Source: Candidatus Poribacteria bacterium
GTDB lineage: Bacteria > Poribacteria > WGA-4E > PCPOR2b
Length of the DNA: 64,000 nucleotides
NCBI GenBank assembly: GCA_965218095.1
Contig: OZ244587.1
Span: forward strand, 4,352,001-4,416,000
Reading direction: 5' to 3'
A program made the position numbers and the translations under genes. The notes beneath the pieces were generated by a model. That model was not told the DNA's origin, did not search any database, and saw only the letters and a list, made by a program, of their open reading frames with translations. Below are positions 61,873 through 64,000 of the stretch, in pieces; within the stretch, counting starts at the first letter, position 1; each line of letters begins with the position of its first letter.

Positions 61873-63126
61873 CTAAATCACCTCCAGCACTTTGTCACGG
61901 AATCGTTCATAAGCGAGCGCCGCACCGGCGATGTTTCCACCGGCAGGACCAAGCTGGAGTTGCGCAATGACGCCAGACCCAAACAGATTTTCGACGGGGT
62001 ATAGTTGCAGATTGTCATCAAGCAGGGGCAAACTGTGCAAAGTCGGTAGCTTGTGTCGTTCGACCAGGTCGGATAGAAATGTGCAGCGACGAAAATTAAA
62101 TCGATAGCCGGTGGCAAGGATGACGAGCTCCACCATTTCAACTGTTCCCTGAGTCGTATCGACTTGCAGCCAATCCGCTGAATTGGGTTGATCGATGCAG
62201 TGGACACTCGCACCAGCATAGAGCGCAAAGTCGCCTGGCTTTTCCACAGCGTACTTCGTCAGTGTCTCGACAATCTCTGGCGTTACGCTCCCTTCGCCCC
62301 TTGCTTGCTGGATGGCTTTGTACCGTTTTTCCCAATCCGGTTCATTCCTGAAATTGTGTAGATATTTGGGGCCAAGCCATAGGGGGTCAAAATCGAACTG
62401 CTGTCTTTTCAATGGCTTCCGCGTCACCAAGGCCACCTGTGATCCTTCCTCAACGAGGTTTTTTGCAAGTGTTCCAGCTGTCAACCCGCCCCCGATAATG
62501 ACAATCCTCTGTTTTCTTTGTAAGGAGGAAGTTCCCGAACGCCGTTGTGATAGTGTGTGCAGATCAAAATCGTGTGAGTGGAGAATACGGATGGGAAAGC
62601 GGCGCAGCCAGGGCATGAATTCCGGGGGGATATACGGACAGTCATCAGCGCCAATTGCGAGAATGACGCACCGTGCCCGAAAACCTTCATCGCACGACGA
62701 AGTGATACGGAACGGAAATTTCCCACTGCCTTTGTCCCAGCGCAGTTTGGCGACATCAAAATGGCAGCATAATAGATCAATTCCCTGCCGCTCAATTTCG
62801 CCGTGACAAAACTCCCGAAAGAGCGCTATAGACGGCTGCGAGTAGGACGCCGAGAGTTCATTGATACGGTTACGACTCCTTGCATACTCGACAATTCCTA
62901 GCGGATCGGTGCTGATATGATGCACGACAGGGGACCGCAGAAATGCCATTCCCTGGCCTTCTGTCTTTCGCTGCCACGCCGTTAAAGGGTGTGGATCGCG
63001 ATCCAGAATGACGAGATGCTTCTTCGCATTCGGCGCATCACGAATTAGTCGCATAGCGATGGATACACCGTGTATGCCGCTGCCGATGATTACAATTGGG
63101 ATATTTTGATGGCTGAGGTTTAACAT
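61873..63126 (-). CDS. FAD/NAD(P)-binding oxidoreductase (flavin monooxygenase / lysine N-hydroxylase-like)
   Basis: IIGSGIHG, LRSP, IIGGGLTA, ILATG and LQLGP. Confidence 0.8.
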   Translation of the reverse strand: MLNLSHQNIPIVIIGSGIHGVSIAMRLIRDAPNAKKHLVILDRDPHPLTAWQRKTEGQGMAFLRSPVVHHISTDPLGIVEYARSRNRINELSASYSQPSIALFREFCHGEIERQGIDLLCCHFDVAKLRWDKGSGKFPFRITSSCDEGFRARCVILAIGADDCPYIPPEFMPWLRRFPIRILHSHDFDLHTLSQRRSGTSSLQRKQRIVIIGGGLTAGTLAKNLVEEGSQVALVTRKPLKRQQFDFDPLWLGPKYLHNFRNEPDWEKRYKAIQQARGEGSVTPEIVETLTKYAVEKPGDFALYAGASVHCIDQPNSADWLQVDTTQGTVEMVELVILATGYRFNFRRCTFLSDLVERHKLPTLHSLPLLDDNLQLYPVENLFGSGVIAQLQLGPAGGNIAGAALAYERFRDKVLEVI

Positions 63127-63432
63127 TCTTTCGTAGCGTGGGATTCCATCTCGCTGTATTTTAGCGAAGGAATGAGAGAAACAAAGGCGCAAAAAGCCCG
63201 GCAGGACGTTTCCTGCCGGGCTTATTAGCATGAGAATTTGCTCTGCTTTCTAGTGGTCTGTCAACCGTTAAATTGATGGATGGGAGGGCGAGGCTCCCCT
63301 CAATGAATCGGGGCAGAGCCTACTCCAATCCTTCGGAATTCGCTTTGCGGACTCTCGAAACGGAGCTGTGCTCGTCCGAGAATCGGACCAAGCCAGATCG
63401 GTTGGGTTCGGTCCGATTCTCGTCGGATACAT

Positions 63433-64000
63433 TCAGTCTGATTTGGATAGCCCGAATTTGATCCGCAAGATTTTGTCGTCGCGGGGACGGAGTACCGCTC
63501 GACTGTCGGTGTTACTGGTACAGACATACAAGTGCCCATCCGGTCCCACGGTCACATCTCGAAGCCGACCGTAAATCCCGGCAGAGGGCGTCAGGGCAAA
63601 CCAGCGCTCAATCCGGCGAACCTCATAATTCTTCCCGAACTGTATCCGCATTAGGGACTAGCTACCCAGCGTTGCTACATACAGATCGCCCCGATAGAAA
63701 GTCATCCCAGCCGGCGGCACGGACTGATTTTTCCACATCGCGATCGGATTCTGGTATTTGGAAATGTGAGGCGCGCCCACCACTTCCGGCCATCCGTAGT
63801 TCTTGCCTGCGATGACACGGTTGATTTCATCCCGGTGCTTCGCCTTCCCTTTCGCCTCAGCGCCGGAGGGCCCGTGCTCGGAATTGAACAAGGCCCCAGT
63901 TGCCGGGTCCCAGGCCAGCCCCTGTACCACCCGATGGCCGTACGAGTAAACCGGGGAATTCGGAAAGGGGTTGTCCGCCGGAATGTTCCCTTCTGGGGTG
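63433..64000 (-). pseudogene. PQQ-dependent glucose/sorbosone dehydrogenase family, C-terminal part, with an in-frame TAG
   Basis: G.IPADNPF...YSYGHR..QGLAW...SEHGP...DEIN...GKNYGWP...GRLRDV..GPDG.LY. TAG at 63658-63660 lies in frame between the two ORFs. The gene runs off the window. Confidence 0.8.

Overview
Gram-negative bacterial chromosomal window, most likely Candidatus Poribacteria or a relative. This is inferred from two secreted LamG proteins ending in a 'GKLAxxWGxIK' motif and from a planctomycete-type DUF1549/DUF1553-DUF1501-WD40 cluster. The first ~36 kb is accessory or catabolic: tandem cytochrome P450s, an SDR, a DUF4838 protein, a ThDP enzyme and an Opp/Dpp-type ABC importer with four tandem substrate-binding paralogues. 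The rest is mostly housekeeping (LpxL-like acyltransferase, PhhB, CysQ/IMPase, an RpoD-like sigma factor, MsbA-like exporter, Clp1-like kinase, SppA, Trm112/YcaR, SecA) and many genes are pseudogenes. Mobile DNA is dense: three IS5-family copies, an IS982, a Y1 transposase with REP doublets, several MITE families with target-site duplications, and an ORF-less group IIB intron interrupted by an IS5. The most unusual signals are insertions that have become protein sequence. One is a 222-bp in-frame, 74-aa module flanked by a 7-bp direct repeat inside secA. The other is a ~30-bp element with 2-bp duplications found in two different genes, in frame in one of them. All coordinates were read by eye and no database search was run.
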